The position numbers and the translations under genes are program-made. 64,000 bases of DNA from Thermofilaceae archaeon (GTDB lineage: Archaea; Thermoproteota; Thermoprotei; Thermofilales; Thermofilaceae), in contig JAWCCZ010000001.1 in assembly GCA_038861545.1 (NCBI GenBank), positions 64,001-128,000 on the forward strand, given 5' to 3'. The notes under the pieces were generated by a model. The model ran no database searches, was not told where the DNA came from, and saw only the letters and a program-made list of their open reading frames with translations. This document shows, one piece after another, positions 8,110 to 18,532 of this stretch. Within the stretch, counting starts at the first letter, position 1, and the number at the start of each line of letters is the position of its first letter.

Positions 8110-9903
8110 ATGAGTGAGCAAGAGTTTATTCGATCACCTATCTTGGTAGTACTTGGACATGTTGATGTAGGAAAGACAACACTTTTGGATAGGATCAGAG
8201 GCACAGCTGTAGCTAAGCGGGAACCGGGTACGATGACTCAACACATCGGGGCTTCTTTTCTCCCCTGGAGGGCTCTCCAAGAAATGTGCGCACCCCTTAG
8301 CAAGGCAGTTAGAGCTGCTGTTGAAATTCCCGGTTTTCTAGTAATAGATACTCCTGGCCACGAAGCATTCTCTAACCTTAGGAGCCGTGGTGGAAGCATA
8401 GCGGATCTAGCAGTATTAGTCTTGGATGTCAATAGAGGTTTTGAGCAGCAAACTTATGAGGCTCTAGACCTGTTGATGGCCAGGCGGACACCCTTTATCG
8501 TTGCTGCAAACAAAGTAGATAGGATACCAGGCTGGAAGCCTAAACCCGATACTCCATTTATACATAGCATAACGGAACAGGATGCCGATGTTCAAGCTAA
8601 GCTTGAAGAATTTTTATCTTCGATAGTGTTTGAGCTCAATAAAGCAGGGTTTAGAGCGGATCGCTATGATCGGATAAAAGATTTTACTAGGACGGTGGCC
8701 ATAGTCCCGATAAGCGCGCTTACTGGAGAAGGTATACCAGATCTCATGCTGGTTCTCGCAGGCTTAGCCCAGAGGTTTCTTATCGGTAGGTTGAAGGTTA
8801 AAATAGGGCCAGCAAGAGGTGTAGTACTCGAAGTTAAAGAATTAGTGGGATTAGGAACAACAGTTGCAGTAATACTATACGATGGGGTTCTCAAAAAAGG
8901 TGATAGTGTAGTTGTAGGCGGATTAGATAAACCGGTGGTGACCAAGGTAAAAGCTATCTTAATGCCTAAACCGCTAGATGAAATGAGATCACCTGAGGAT
9001 AAATTTATGGCGGTAGATGAAGTAAAAGCCGCTGCAGGCGTGCTTATTGTAGCTCATGGCTTAGAGGAGGCTTTCTCCGGAGCACCATTTTACGTGTTTT
9101 ATAATGAAAGCGAGGCCGAAAATCTTATACACGAGGTGCAGGAGGAGTTAGCCTCTATAAGAGTGTCTAGAGACGTTTGTGGAGTGGTTGTGAAAGCTGA
9201 TACCCTCGGTACACTTGAGGCGCTTGTCAATTATTTGAACAAGATGGGTGTACCCGTTAGATACGCGGATATAGGCCCAGTAGTTAGAAGGGATGTAGTG
9301 GAAGCGACCGTAGTAAAAACATGCGACCGCTTAAGGGCTGTTATCTTAGCCTTTAATGTCAAAGTTACAGACGAAGCGGAATTTGAAGCTAAAGCCAACG
9401 GGGTAAAAATATTTCAAAATAACATCATTTATCGTTTAGTTGAGGAATACGTAAACTGGTACGGGAGTGAAAGACAACAAGAGAGAAGGATGGAAATGAG
9501 TAAAATGATTCTTCCGGGAAAGGTTAAACTTTTGCCTGGATATATTTTTCGAAGAAGCGATCCCGCTATCGTGGGTGTGAAAATGTTAGCTGGAAGGGTA
9601 AAGAAAGGATACCCGCTAATTACTAGAGATGGTAAAAGGGTTGGCGAAGTAATGCAAATACAAGAGCATAAGAAGCCTCTCGATCAGGCGATTACAGGGC
9701 AGGAGGTAGCCGTATCTATAAAGGGAAGTCTCATTATTGGAAGACACGTTAAGGAGGGAGACATCTTATACGTAGATGTACCTCTAGAAGACGCTGAAAA
9801 ATTACTGGAGAAGTATACCGAAGAGTTAAGTGAAGATGAAATAGAAATTTTAAAGAAAATTAGGCTTTTAAAACTAGGCCTAATTGATTCTCTCCCCCTG
9901 TAG
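8110..9903 (+). CDS. infB: translation initiation factor IF-2 (aIF5B)
   Basis: IRSPILVVLGHVDVGKTT, TQHIGA, IDTPGHEAF, ANKVD; ATG at 8110 preferred over the 8089 GTG. Confidence 0.96.
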   Translation: MSEQEFIRSPILVVLGHVDVGKTTLLDRIRGTAVAKREPGTMTQHIGASFLPWRALQEMCAPLSKAVRAAVEIPGFLVIDTPGHEAFSNLRSRGGSIADLAVLVLDVNRGFEQQTYEALDLLMARRTPFIVAANKVDRIPGWKPKPDTPFIHSITEQDADVQAKLEEFLSSIVFELNKAGFRADRYDRIKDFTRTVAIVPISALTGEGIPDLMLVLAGLAQRFLIGRLKVKIGPARGVVLEVKELVGLGTTVAVILYDGVLKKGDSVVVGGLDKPVVTKVKAILMPKPLDEMRSPEDKFMAVDEVKAAAGVLIVAHGLEEAFSGAPFYVFYNESEAENLIHEVQEELASIRVSRDVCGVVVKADTLGTLEALVNYLNKMGVPVRYADIGPVVRRDVVEATVVKTCDRLRAVILAFNVKVTDEAEFEAKANGVKIFQNNIIYRLVEEYVNWYGSERQQERRMEMSKMILPGKVKLLPGYIFRRSDPAIVGVKMLAGRVKKGYPLITRDGKRVGEVMQIQEHKKPLDQAITGQEVAVSIKGSLIIGRHVKEGDILYVDVPLEDAEKLLEKYTEELSEDEIEILKKIRLLKLGLIDSLPL

Positions 9904-9981
9904 TTTTCTCTTCCTCAATTAAAAGAGTATCAATGTAGCGGTAAGGTAAAAGGCTTTTATATAGTACTGCAACTTGCTCCT

Positions 9982-10332
9982 GTGCCAGAGTTTAAAGTCG
10001 TGATAGCTGATCCAAAAACTGGAAAGTCAGAGCAAGTAGAAGTGAAAGGCGATAACGCTGCACGCATTATAGGTCGCAGAATAGGTGACATCATTGATGG
10101 CAGCATCTTAGGTAAACCTGGTTTAAAACTTAAAATTACCGGGGGGGCTGGTAAAGCTGGCGAGCCAATGCTGCCTTCTCTCTCCGGTGGGATTAAAAAA
10201 TATCTCTTACTCTCAAGACCTCCTGGCTTCAATCCGCGTGAAAAAGGTGAGCGTAGGAGGAAATTTGTTAGAGGTAATGTAATAACCGATGATATAGTAC
10301 AGATAAACACAGTGACAGTTGAGGGGGTATAG
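9982..10332 (+). CDS. rps6e: 30S ribosomal protein S6e
   Basis: FKVVIADPKTG, LKITGG, GERRRKFVRGN. Confidence 0.95.
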   Translation: MPEFKVVIADPKTGKSEQVEVKGDNAARIIGRRIGDIIDGSILGKPGLKLKITGGAGKAGEPMLPSLSGGIKKYLLLSRPPGFNPREKGERRRKFVRGNVITDDIVQINTVTVEGV

Positions 10333-10333
10333 A

Positions 10334-11596
10334 TTGGAAAAACAGAGACTCCTACAACCCCTCGTAAATATAGGAACAGCCGGACATGTTGACCATGGTA
10401 AGACAACCTTGGTCGAAGCCTTAACTGGTGTTTGGACATCTAGGTATTCTGAGGAGCTAAAAAGAGGCATCACCTTAAAGCTAGGTTATGCAGATACGAT
10501 GGTTTTAAAGTGTCAATCTTGTCCTCCACCTCAGGCATATTACACTTTGGCTATAGCTCCTCCTAATGGTAAGTGTAAATACTGTGGTAGCCAGCTGGTT
10601 CCTCAGCGTAAAATATCTTTCGTAGATGTCCCGGGCCACGAGATGCTAATGGCGGTTATGCTAGCTGGAGCGTCAATCATGGATGGAGTGCTCTTCGTAA
10701 TAGACGCTCTACAACCCTGTCCTCGACCACAGACTAGAGAACATTTTATGGCGCTTACAATATCTGGAGTGCGGAAAGTAATTATTGTTCAGAATAAAGT
10801 AGATGTTGTAAATAAGGAGAGGGTAATGGAAAGCTATGAAGAAATAAAGCGCTTTTTAGAAGGAACATGGGCTGAAGATGCGCCAATAATACCTGTTTCT
10901 GCTCTTCATAGAGTTAATGTCGATGCTGTTATATGGGCTATCGAAAAATTTATTCCGATTCAGGATAGAGATCCAAGCAAGGATCCACTGATGCTAGTAG
11001 CGCGAAGTTTCGATGTTAACAAACCTGGACTACCGGTAGAAGAATTGAAAGGAGGAGTTCTAGGTGGGATGATAATTCAAGGGAAATTCGAAGTAGGTGA
11101 TGAAATAGAGATCAGACCAGGTATAAGAATCTCAACTAGACGAGGCGGTTTTAGTTACGAGCCCGTGATAACTGAAATCACAAGCTTGAAGTCCGGTGAG
11201 CAAGAACTAGAAGTAGCCTATCCAGGAGGGCTAGTGGGTGTCGGAACAAAACTAGATCCCAGTTTTACTAAAGGTGATAATATGATGGGTTGTGTCGTAG
11301 GTCATCCCGGAGCTTTGCCACCTATATTGAATGAAGTTAGAATTGAATATTCACTACTTGAGCGGGTTGTAGGGCTGGAAAGCGAAATGCGGGTTGAACC
11401 CCTGAGAAAGGGTGAGAACCTTATGCTCAACGTTGGAACAGCTGTCACGATCGGGGTTGTCCGAGAGGCTAAAAGGAATGAGGCTAGCTTGATGCTAAGA
11501 TCACCTATTTCAGCTAGTACTGGCATGAAGATAGCCATTAGCAGACAGATGGCGGGGAGGTGGCGTCTAATCGGCTACGGATTAATTAAAGATTAA
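10334..11596 (+). CDS. eif2g: translation initiation factor aIF2 gamma subunit
   Basis: NIGTAGHVDHGKTT, RGITLKLGYA, Zn-knuckle, PGHEMLM, WRLIGYG; TTG at 10334 follows a GAGGGGG RBS. Confidence 0.96.
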   Translation: MEKQRLLQPLVNIGTAGHVDHGKTTLVEALTGVWTSRYSEELKRGITLKLGYADTMVLKCQSCPPPQAYYTLAIAPPNGKCKYCGSQLVPQRKISFVDVPGHEMLMAVMLAGASIMDGVLFVIDALQPCPRPQTREHFMALTISGVRKVIIVQNKVDVVNKERVMESYEEIKRFLEGTWAEDAPIIPVSALHRVNVDAVIWAIEKFIPIQDRDPSKDPLMLVARSFDVNKPGLPVEELKGGVLGGMIIQGKFEVGDEIEIRPGIRISTRRGGFSYEPVITEITSLKSGEQELEVAYPGGLVGVGTKLDPSFTKGDNMMGCVVGHPGALPPILNEVRIEYSLLERVVGLESEMRVEPLRKGENLMLNVGTAVTIGVVREAKRNEASLMLRSPISASTGMKIAISRQMAGRWRLIGYGLIKD

Positions 11597-11615
11597 CCTA
11601 TTTATCCTTATTGTC

Positions 11616-12380
11616 CTAAAGCATGCCAGCCGCTCTAAATATCAACGCTATAAACCAGGTTAGAAAAGCTCCAACAGTACCACCTAATATAGACTTCCTC
11701 CAGTCAAGTTCTCCTACTACTTTAAACATAATTATTGTAAGAAGTAGACTCCAGAGCCCTCCAAAGTAATCTATTGCATCTAGTAAAAGTTGAATGGGAA
11801 ATCCGAGCAAGTTCCTTGTGTATTGCATCCTGAAAAGGTGAGCTGTTAGTGAATGAAACTTTGGATAAACTCCCTGAATAGATATTAGGATAAGTTGGGG
11901 GGATGAATAAATTGCTACTATATAAGTAGCTAAGGTTATCAAAAAAGTTAAAAACCTGGATGAAAGAGCATAACCGGTAGCCGAAAATACAATGAATCCC
12001 TCAATACGTGCTCCCAAGAGATACATTATAAACCAGAATACAGCGAAGAAAATAAACCATGTAGCTATAAGCGCCGCAATTCTAATTGAAACATAAGGCA
12101 ATAAATTTGAGTAGAAACTACTCATTAAATTAATCGTAATACCTGAAGGTGATCGAGTATATACTCTGGCAAGTAATATGACAGCTATTAATATTTGAAT
12201 AAAGAGGGAGGTTAAAATTAACGCTCCTGAACTGGATGCATCTGGATCCTTTTTAACTTCCTCGAAGAGTTCGATAGGTTTAAGGTACATCTGATATAGT
12301 CTACGAGCAGCTCTTATGGAGACTCTACACATTTTTTTTACAAGGGCTTTCAGAATATTTAAAGCCGAGCTGGCACTCAT
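11616..12380 (-). CDS. multi-pass membrane protein, Yip1-like
   Basis: About 5 hydrophobic segments after an LKPIELFEEV motif. Confidence 0.6.
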   Translation of the reverse strand: MSASSALNILKALVKKMCRVSIRAARRLYQMYLKPIELFEEVKKDPDASSSGALILTSLFIQILIAVILLARVYTRSPSGITINLMSSFYSNLLPYVSIRIAALIATWFIFFAVFWFIMYLLGARIEGFIVFSATGYALSSRFLTFLITLATYIVAIYSSPQLILISIQGVYPKFHSLTAHLFRMQYTRNLLGFPIQLLLDAIDYFGGLWSLLLTIIMFKVVGELDWRKSILGGTVGAFLTWFIALIFRAAGML

Positions 12381-12382
12381 AA

Positions 12383-12643
12383 TTACACGCCCACTAAGGT
12401 AACTGTGTGTTCGACCCCCTTGATACCTCTAATACTAGTTACTATTCTATCTAACTCGCTAAGCGTATCAACTTCGATCCTAATTACAGCATCCCATATT
12501 CCATACGTAATTAAGACTTCTTTAACTCCACTAATTTTTTTAGCTTCATCTACTACGTCATATTCATGACCGGTTCTTATCGTGGCTAATACGAAAGCTA
12601 CTACCGATCCACTTCTCTTTTCATGAGGCGTATTCCGCTGCAA
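12383..12643 (-). CDS. stand-alone Lrp/AsnC ligand-binding (RAM) domain protein
   Basis: AFVLA...G.E..V, YGIWDAVIRIE, GVEHTVTLV; no HTH. Confidence 0.85.
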   Translation of the reverse strand: MQRNTPHEKRSGSVVAFVLATIRTGHEYDVVDEAKKISGVKEVLITYGIWDAVIRIEVDTLSELDRIVTSIRGIKGVEHTVTLVGV

Positions 12644-12749
12644 GCTCTCCCATACCCTTTTACCAATCTAGTTTTTAAGCTTCTCTTCTTGTTTACTCGT
12701 TTTCATATAAATCACTTATATAACCCGCTAAATTCTTATCCAGTGAGGG

Positions 12750-13742
12750 TTGTTTATGAGTGGTCAAAATTTAGAGCTTTGGATTGAGAAATACCGGCCA
12801 CGCACGCTTGATGAAATCATAAATCAGAAAGAGATAGTTGACCGACTTAAGGAGTTTGCCAAAGAAAAAAATGTACCACACTTGCTTTTTGTGGGTCCGC
12901 CTGGAACCGGTAAGACCACTGCAGCTCTTTGCTTAGCTTACGAGTTATACGGCGAATTATGGCATGATAACACACTTGAGCTGAATGCATCTGACGAAAG
13001 GGGAATTGATGTAATTAGGTCTAGAATAAAAGAATATGCCAGAACTGTGCCATTAGGTGAAGTGCCTTTTAAGCTGATAATTCTGGACGAAGCTGACAAC
13101 ATGACAGGCGATGCTCAGCAAGCCCTCCGAAGAACGATGGAGCTCTTCTCCAGGACTACCCGCTTTATCTTGATAGCAAACTATGCCTCAAAAATAATTG
13201 AACCTATACAGTCGCGATGTGCAGTTTTCAGGTTCCAGCCAATCCCTAAAGGCGACTTCATAACCAGATTACGTCATATCGCTGAGCGAGAGGGGGTAAA
13301 GATTCTCGACGGCGGCCTCGAAGCCATTTGGGAGGAAAGCATCGGCGACATGAGAAAAGCTATAAACACTCTCCAAGCTGCTGCCGCGCTTAATAGTATA
13401 ATTGATGCCGATGTAGTCTACAAAGCCGTAGGTAAAGTCACTCCTGCGGAGGTCAGGGACATGATTAAGCTAGCTCTTAGCGGTGATTTCATATCAGCAC
13501 GCGAGAAACTGAGGGAAGCGCTTTACTCCTACGGCCTATCCGGCGTAGATATCGTTAAACTGGTATACAGGGAGGTGACTTCGTCAAGAGAAGGCTTCGA
13601 AATTGATGAGAGGAAGAGGCTCGAGATTCTTGAATTAATTGGGGAAATCAACTACAGGTTAGTTGAGGGTGCAGATGATGAGATACAACTTAATGCTCTC
13701 CTCGCCAAGCTAGCGCTGGTTGGAGGGAGGGGTAAAGTGTGA
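12750..13742 (+). CDS. rfcS: replication factor C small subunit (no intein)
   Basis: WIEKYRP, GPPGTGKT, ELNASDERG, LDEAD, IQSRC. Confidence 0.96.
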   Translation: MFMSGQNLELWIEKYRPRTLDEIINQKEIVDRLKEFAKEKNVPHLLFVGPPGTGKTTAALCLAYELYGELWHDNTLELNASDERGIDVIRSRIKEYARTVPLGEVPFKLIILDEADNMTGDAQQALRRTMELFSRTTRFILIANYASKIIEPIQSRCAVFRFQPIPKGDFITRLRHIAEREGVKILDGGLEAIWEESIGDMRKAINTLQAAAALNSIIDADVVYKAVGKVTPAEVRDMIKLALSGDFISAREKLREALYSYGLSGVDIVKLVYREVTSSREGFEIDERKRLEILELIGEINYRLVEGADDEIQLNALLAKLALVGGRGKV

Positions 13743-15022
13743 ACTCTAGGGCCACACAGCCGTGGACAGAGAAATATAGGCCCAAAACAATCGATGAAGT
13801 TATAGGCAACTCCGATACAAAGAAAGTCTTCGTAGCTTGGCTTAATAAATGGCTAGCTGGTCGTCCAGAAAAGAAGGCGGCTCTGCTTTACGGTCCTCCA
13901 GGGTGCGGTAAAACCAGTCTAGTTCACGCAGCAGCATACCAGCTCGGTTTAGAGCTCGTAGAGGCTAATGCAAGTGATGTGCGAACTTCTGATGCACTTA
14001 AAAGGAGGGTTTTTAGAGCTGCGACCGAAGGTGTCCTTCTAAGCACCAGAGGTAAAATAATACTGTTGGATGAAGTCGATGGTGTTAGTCCGCGAGATGC
14101 TGGTGGACTTGAAACTATTCTCGAGATAATTCAAGCCTCAAGGTATCCTGTTGTTTTAACAGCTAATGACCCGTGGGATCCCAGATTACGTGATTTGAGA
14201 AGTATGAGCGAAGTAATAGAATTTAGGAGGTTGGGCATCCGAGAAATTATCAATGCATTATCCGAGATTTGCAGGAAAGAGGGAATAGAATGCGATCCAG
14301 CTGTGATTAGGGAGTTAGCTTCAAACAGCGAAGGTGACCTTAGAGCCGCTATAAATGACCTTCAATCCATTTCGCTGGGGAAGCGCAAGGTTACCTTGGA
14401 AGACCTGGAAATACTAGGATATAGGGCAAAGCAAGAGAATATGTTTGAGATAGTAAGAAGCGTTCTAGCGGCTAAGCGTCCTGAGACAGCCAAGGCTATA
14501 CTTGGTCTTCCCTCTCTCGATTATGAAACGCTAATACAGTGGATTAACGAAAACATTCCACACCAATACTCTCCAAGTCTAGTGGCTATAGCTGACGCAT
14601 ACGACGCATTATCTAAAGCAGACATACTAATTTCACGGATAAAACGGGAACAAGCCTGGACCTTACTTCCATATGCTTTGGATATGATGACAGCAGGTGT
14701 GGCCAGCGCCCGAGAAAGACCCCAGTTTAGGTTTGTAAAATATAGTTTCCCTCAAAAGCTTAGATTACTTTCCATAGGTAAGGAGACTCGTGAGGAGAGG
14801 GTTAGGATCGCCAAAGCTGTAGGAACATTTTGCCACATGTCAACTAGGAGGGCATTACTTGAGGTGTTACCATATATTAAAGTTATTTATGAAAATAACC
14901 CGTTGAAAGGGAGGTTAATCCTAGAAGGATTAGGAGTACCTGAGGAGACCTTTCGCAGAGCCTTCAGGATTGAGATTAGTCCAGAGATTCAGGGCCGCTC
15001 CTATCGGCGGCACCGGAGCTGA
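13739..15022 (+). CDS. rfcL: replication factor C large subunit
   Basis: WTEKYRP, GPPGCGKT, EANASD, LDEVD, GDLRAAINDLQ. Confidence 0.95.
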   Translation: MNSRATQPWTEKYRPKTIDEVIGNSDTKKVFVAWLNKWLAGRPEKKAALLYGPPGCGKTSLVHAAAYQLGLELVEANASDVRTSDALKRRVFRAATEGVLLSTRGKIILLDEVDGVSPRDAGGLETILEIIQASRYPVVLTANDPWDPRLRDLRSMSEVIEFRRLGIREIINALSEICRKEGIECDPAVIRELASNSEGDLRAAINDLQSISLGKRKVTLEDLEILGYRAKQENMFEIVRSVLAAKRPETAKAILGLPSLDYETLIQWINENIPHQYSPSLVAIADAYDALSKADILISRIKREQAWTLLPYALDMMTAGVASARERPQFRFVKYSFPQKLRLLSIGKETREERVRIAKAVGTFCHMSTRRALLEVLPYIKVIYENNPLKGRLILEGLGVPEETFRRAFRIEISPEIQGRSYRRHRS

Positions 15023-16232
15023 GATCTTCACGAATTAAGAGAAGTAACTCTTTCTCCAAAGTTTTTAGAGGTATAGCGGGTAAGCCTATCAAAGTTGTCC
15101 TACCTTTTTGTCCTTTTCCGGGTTTCCCTGTGGATATTATACCCATCCGACTCATATTCCTAATGCATTCCCATACTGCAGTGTGCCTTTTAGGGGCTAG
15201 GCCATGCTCTTCACAAATGTCATGGTACTCAAGCTCGAGTAATCCCATAGGAACTTTACTGATGAATTTTTTTCTCTGAAGAAGCCTTGCCAGAGCAAGT
15301 AGTAGTAATTTTTCGTCTAGCTTCAAGTTAAGAAGAGCATCCTTTGGGAAGGGCATAACATCACTGTGGGCTCTTCGGATATCCTCCGGAAGAATGCTTT
15401 CCCTATCTTCAGACTCTGCATATTTCCCAGCCCTATAAAGGATTTCAAGTGCTAAACGCGCGTCGCCTGACCCACCTCTATCGTATCCCACAAGCTCTCC
15501 TATCATCTCTATTACTTCATCGCTAATAGCTGATTCGTACAGCGCCCCTTCTTCAACTCTTTTCATGAGAATCTCCTCCAGCTGCTCCGAGGTGTAAGGA
15601 TAAAACCGTATTATGTTATGTTGAAGCGTGCTTTGGACTGAACGGTCCAGCGACATCATGAATGTCAAGTCTCGGAACACAAATACTAATCCGATCCGGT
15701 GGACTTCATCTTCAACTATCTCTGTTAATCTAGTTAGAACATACAAAGCCTCTTCCCCTGAATGGGCTATATAATCTGCTTCATCTATAGCTGCGACTAG
15801 GTATTCGTTAGAGTTCTTCAAGTAGCTCCAAATCATCATCAGCAGCTCTTCACGAGAAAACCCTCTTCGAGGAACATTCAGCCCTAAATCCTTCCCAATT
15901 TTCTGCATTATTGAAAAGAGTGACCTATGTGCATGGCAGTTAACATAAGCAAACCTTGCCGATGCCCCTTTAGCTAGTTTTGCTCCATTGAGATCTTCTC
16001 CGAATCTCCTCACCACCGCAGTTTTACCAGTACCCACAGAGCCTAACAGTAGAACTCGCACAAAGACACTACCAGGCTTCAGTAAGAAAGGTTTGAAATA
16101 CTCTCGAAGCATGTTTAGCTGTTCCTCCCTGAAAGGAAGACATCGAGGAACATAATCCACTTGAAGTTTACCCTCATCTCTGAAAATCTTTGAGGTGGGA
16201 AGCCAAAAGCCACCGCTCATTTTATCGCCCAT
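14976..16232 (-). CDS. cdc6: Orc1/Cdc6 replication initiator
   Basis: DYVPRCLPFRE, GSVGTGKT, YVNC, IDEAD, GDARLAL and C-terminal winged helix; start probably 16232 or 16220. Confidence 0.93.
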   Translation of the reverse strand: MGDKMSGGFWLPTSKIFRDEGKLQVDYVPRCLPFREEQLNMLREYFKPFLLKPGSVFVRVLLLGSVGTGKTAVVRRFGEDLNGAKLAKGASARFAYVNCHAHRSLFSIMQKIGKDLGLNVPRRGFSREELLMMIWSYLKNSNEYLVAAIDEADYIAHSGEEALYVLTRLTEIVEDEVHRIGLVFVFRDLTFMMSLDRSVQSTLQHNIIRFYPYTSEQLEEILMKRVEEGALYESAISDEVIEMIGELVGYDRGGSGDARLALEILYRAGKYAESEDRESILPEDIRRAHSDVMPFPKDALLNLKLDEKLLLLALARLLQRKKFISKVPMGLLELEYHDICEEHGLAPKRHTAVWECIRNMSRMGIISTGKPGKGQKGRTTLIGLPAIPLKTLEKELLLLIREDLSSGAADRSGPESLD

Positions 16233-16288
16233 AGTTGATTGCAAATAGTAATTAGGTTCAAATATTAAAGTTGTTCGCTGCACAAGAG

Positions 16289-16762
16289 TTAGTTAGCTAC
16301 CTTTACAGTCAATGCTGCTAGGTCTCCCAAGAATTCAACATGTACTGCTACACCGTTTCTATTCAGAAGACCTTTGCTGCGAAGAACATTTTTCAAACAA
16401 GCCTCGATTTTACGAGCTATTGTACTACCTCTAGACTTGATCTCTACCCTCGAGAATTTAAAGCCTTTAGCTATAGCCTTGGCCGCTATTGCCTCCGCTA
16501 CACGCTCCGTCTCATTTAACTCAACCCATGCGATAACCTTTTTCACTGAAACTATACCTCGAATCGGGAATTTTTTCAATGTGTCACATAAAGTATCTGG
16601 GTCAAGATGACTGTAAACAGCTAATCCTCCCCTTATAATATCAACTTGCAAATCTTTATCTAAAGGATACAATGCATCTAGTAAATCCAACCTGATTCTT
16701 TTCTCACTCCCAGGCTTTACAGATATAACGAGTTTAGGCTCGCATGCGCGCACATCGTTCAT
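16289..16762 (-). CDS. THUMP-like RNA-binding protein (putative)
   Basis: LVISVKPGSE, VEIKSRG and VHVEFLG pattern; such genes often sit next to cdc6. Confidence 0.5.
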   Translation of the reverse strand: MNDVRACEPKLVISVKPGSEKRIRLDLLDALYPLDKDLQVDIIRGGLAVYSHLDPDTLCDTLKKFPIRGIVSVKKVIAWVELNETERVAEAIAAKAIAKGFKFSRVEIKSRGSTIARKIEACLKNVLRSKGLLNRNGVAVHVEFLGDLAALTVKVAN

Positions 16763-16816
16763 TGGGAGAAAGAAGAAACCCAAGCTTTAAACCGTACGTT
16801 CATCGTATTTCTGCAG

Positions 16817-17542
16817 TCACCTTTCTCCAATGCGCGATACAGGAGAAGTAAAGCTCCAGAGTTTCTCGAAATAGTTTACCGCAATATTCGCAACTTCCTC
16901 ATCTAACACTATTAATCCACTTAGCCGCCATTGGACGCTGAAAGGTCCAAATGAAAGTATCAACTTTTTTCTATCAGTAATTAACATGTCTAAAGGGAGC
17001 ATCACTTGCGCCGGTTTCCACTCGCCAAACTTGGGAGGCTGGAATTCAGTCCCCAATATTCCCCGAACATTTTTACACCTGGATAATGGTTGCTGCAGCA
17101 CTTTCAGTAATTCTCCACTTGAGATTATAAGCAGAACTTCTTCAGCCTCTACTGTAATTCTCTTTGCAGTTTGTTTCAGTGATTCAAAGCTCCGTATAAT
17201 GTATACGCCAGCTGGAGCCACTAAGCTTCCCATTTTTAATGCTCTCAAAATATCGGTGGCTCTCAACAACTTATCTTCAAGGGAAGCCTTTAACCCGGCT
17301 ATATTATCTTCCGGCTCGCGAGGTGCATAAACTAGAGGCGCGTTCGAGATCCTCACGATCCACCCTCTGTTCTCCAGCTTCTTTAAAACCTCGTAAACTT
17401 TTGTATAAGGGATATTAGCAGAGTCGCTTACCTCTCTAGGAGACATTTCACCCATGGAAAGCAGAGTCGCATAGGCTCTGGCCTCGTAATCCGATAATCC
17501 GAGTTCTCTCAGAGTTTCAACAGCTTGCCTAAACTCCTCCAT
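16817..17542 (-). CDS. TrmB family transcriptional regulator
   Basis: LGLSDYEARAYATLL...IPYTKVYEVLKKLENRGW. Confidence 0.9.
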   Translation of the reverse strand: MEEFRQAVETLRELGLSDYEARAYATLLSMGEMSPREVSDSANIPYTKVYEVLKKLENRGWIVRISNAPLVYAPREPEDNIAGLKASLEDKLLRATDILRALKMGSLVAPAGVYIIRSFESLKQTAKRITVEAEEVLLIISSGELLKVLQQPLSRCKNVRGILGTEFQPPKFGEWKPAQVMLPLDMLITDRKKLILSFGPFSVQWRLSGLIVLDEEVANIAVNYFEKLWSFTSPVSRIGER

Positions 17543-17597
17543 ATTAACTGTCTACCGTGAATAAGGTATATAAGGCAATCGCCGAAGATCCTAGGGA

Positions 17598-18518
17598 ATG
17601 AACTTAGCGATTGAGACAGCAAATCTTACTAAAGTCTTTGGAGGCTTTAAGGCAGTTGACAGTGTTACACTTAAGGTCGAGGAAGGCGTGATTTTCGGTT
17701 TGCTTGGCCCTAACGGCGCTGGCAAAACCACCACAATACGCATGATACTTGGTTTAATTAAACCAACTTCCGGCTACATCAAAGTATTCGGAATCGATGT
17801 AACACGTGAAAGGAAGAGAGCTCTTAAGCTGGTAGGCTATATGCCGCAGCAATTTAGTCTGTATGAAGATCTCACCGTTGAAGAAAACTTGTGTCTATAC
17901 GCTTCGCTTTACGGGATTAAAGAATTGGAAGCTAAGAAGCGAATTCAAGAGCTGTTAGACGAATTAATGTTAGCTGAGTATAAAAAAAGACCTGCCGGTA
18001 AGTTGAGTGGAGGAATGAAGCAAAGGCTGGCTCTAGCTGCTGCCCTGGTGAACAGACCGAGGCTTCTTGTCGTAGATGAACCGACTGCAGGTGTTGATCC
18101 ACCTTTGCGAAAGTATTTCTGGAAAAAATTCCGTGAATTGAAGGACGACGCTGTTACCATACTAGTTACAACACACTACATGGACGAAGCTGAAAATTGC
18201 GATATAATTGCATTAATGAGTAGAGGCAGAGTAGCTGCTGAGGGGTCCCCACTTGAGATCAAGCGATTAGCGTATGGAGGAGACTTGCTAGAACTAGAAG
18301 TGATAGGTGATGCACAACCCATTCTCGAGAAATTTGGTCTCAAAATACTCTACTTAGAAACCAAAAGCGATGTAGAAAAGCTAACTTTACTTGTGCCTGA
18401 TGCTTCCTTAGTCCTGGCTTCCTTAACGAGAGCGCTTGAGCGTAGTGGCATTAGGGTCATCAAAGCATATCCTGTTCCAGTTAGCTTAGAGGATGCTTTC
18501 ATTCGTCTTACAGCTTAA
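17598..18518 (+). CDS. ABC-2 type exporter ATP-binding protein
   Basis: GPNGAGKTT, LSGGMKQR, DEPTAGVDP, TTHYMDEAE. Confidence 0.95.
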   Translation: MNLAIETANLTKVFGGFKAVDSVTLKVEEGVIFGLLGPNGAGKTTTIRMILGLIKPTSGYIKVFGIDVTRERKRALKLVGYMPQQFSLYEDLTVEENLCLYASLYGIKELEAKKRIQELLDELMLAEYKKRPAGKLSGGMKQRLALAAALVNRPRLLVVDEPTAGVDPPLRKYFWKKFRELKDDAVTILVTTHYMDEAENCDIIALMSRGRVAAEGSPLEIKRLAYGGDLLELEVIGDAQPILEKFGLKILYLETKSDVEKLTLLVPDASLVLASLTRALERSGIRVIKAYPVPVSLEDAFIRLTA

Positions 18519-18532
18519 AGGGGTGAGAACGA

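Noticed and set aside
16233-16288. Replication origin upstream of cdc6
   Set aside because: Gap is only ~55 bp with no ORB repeats
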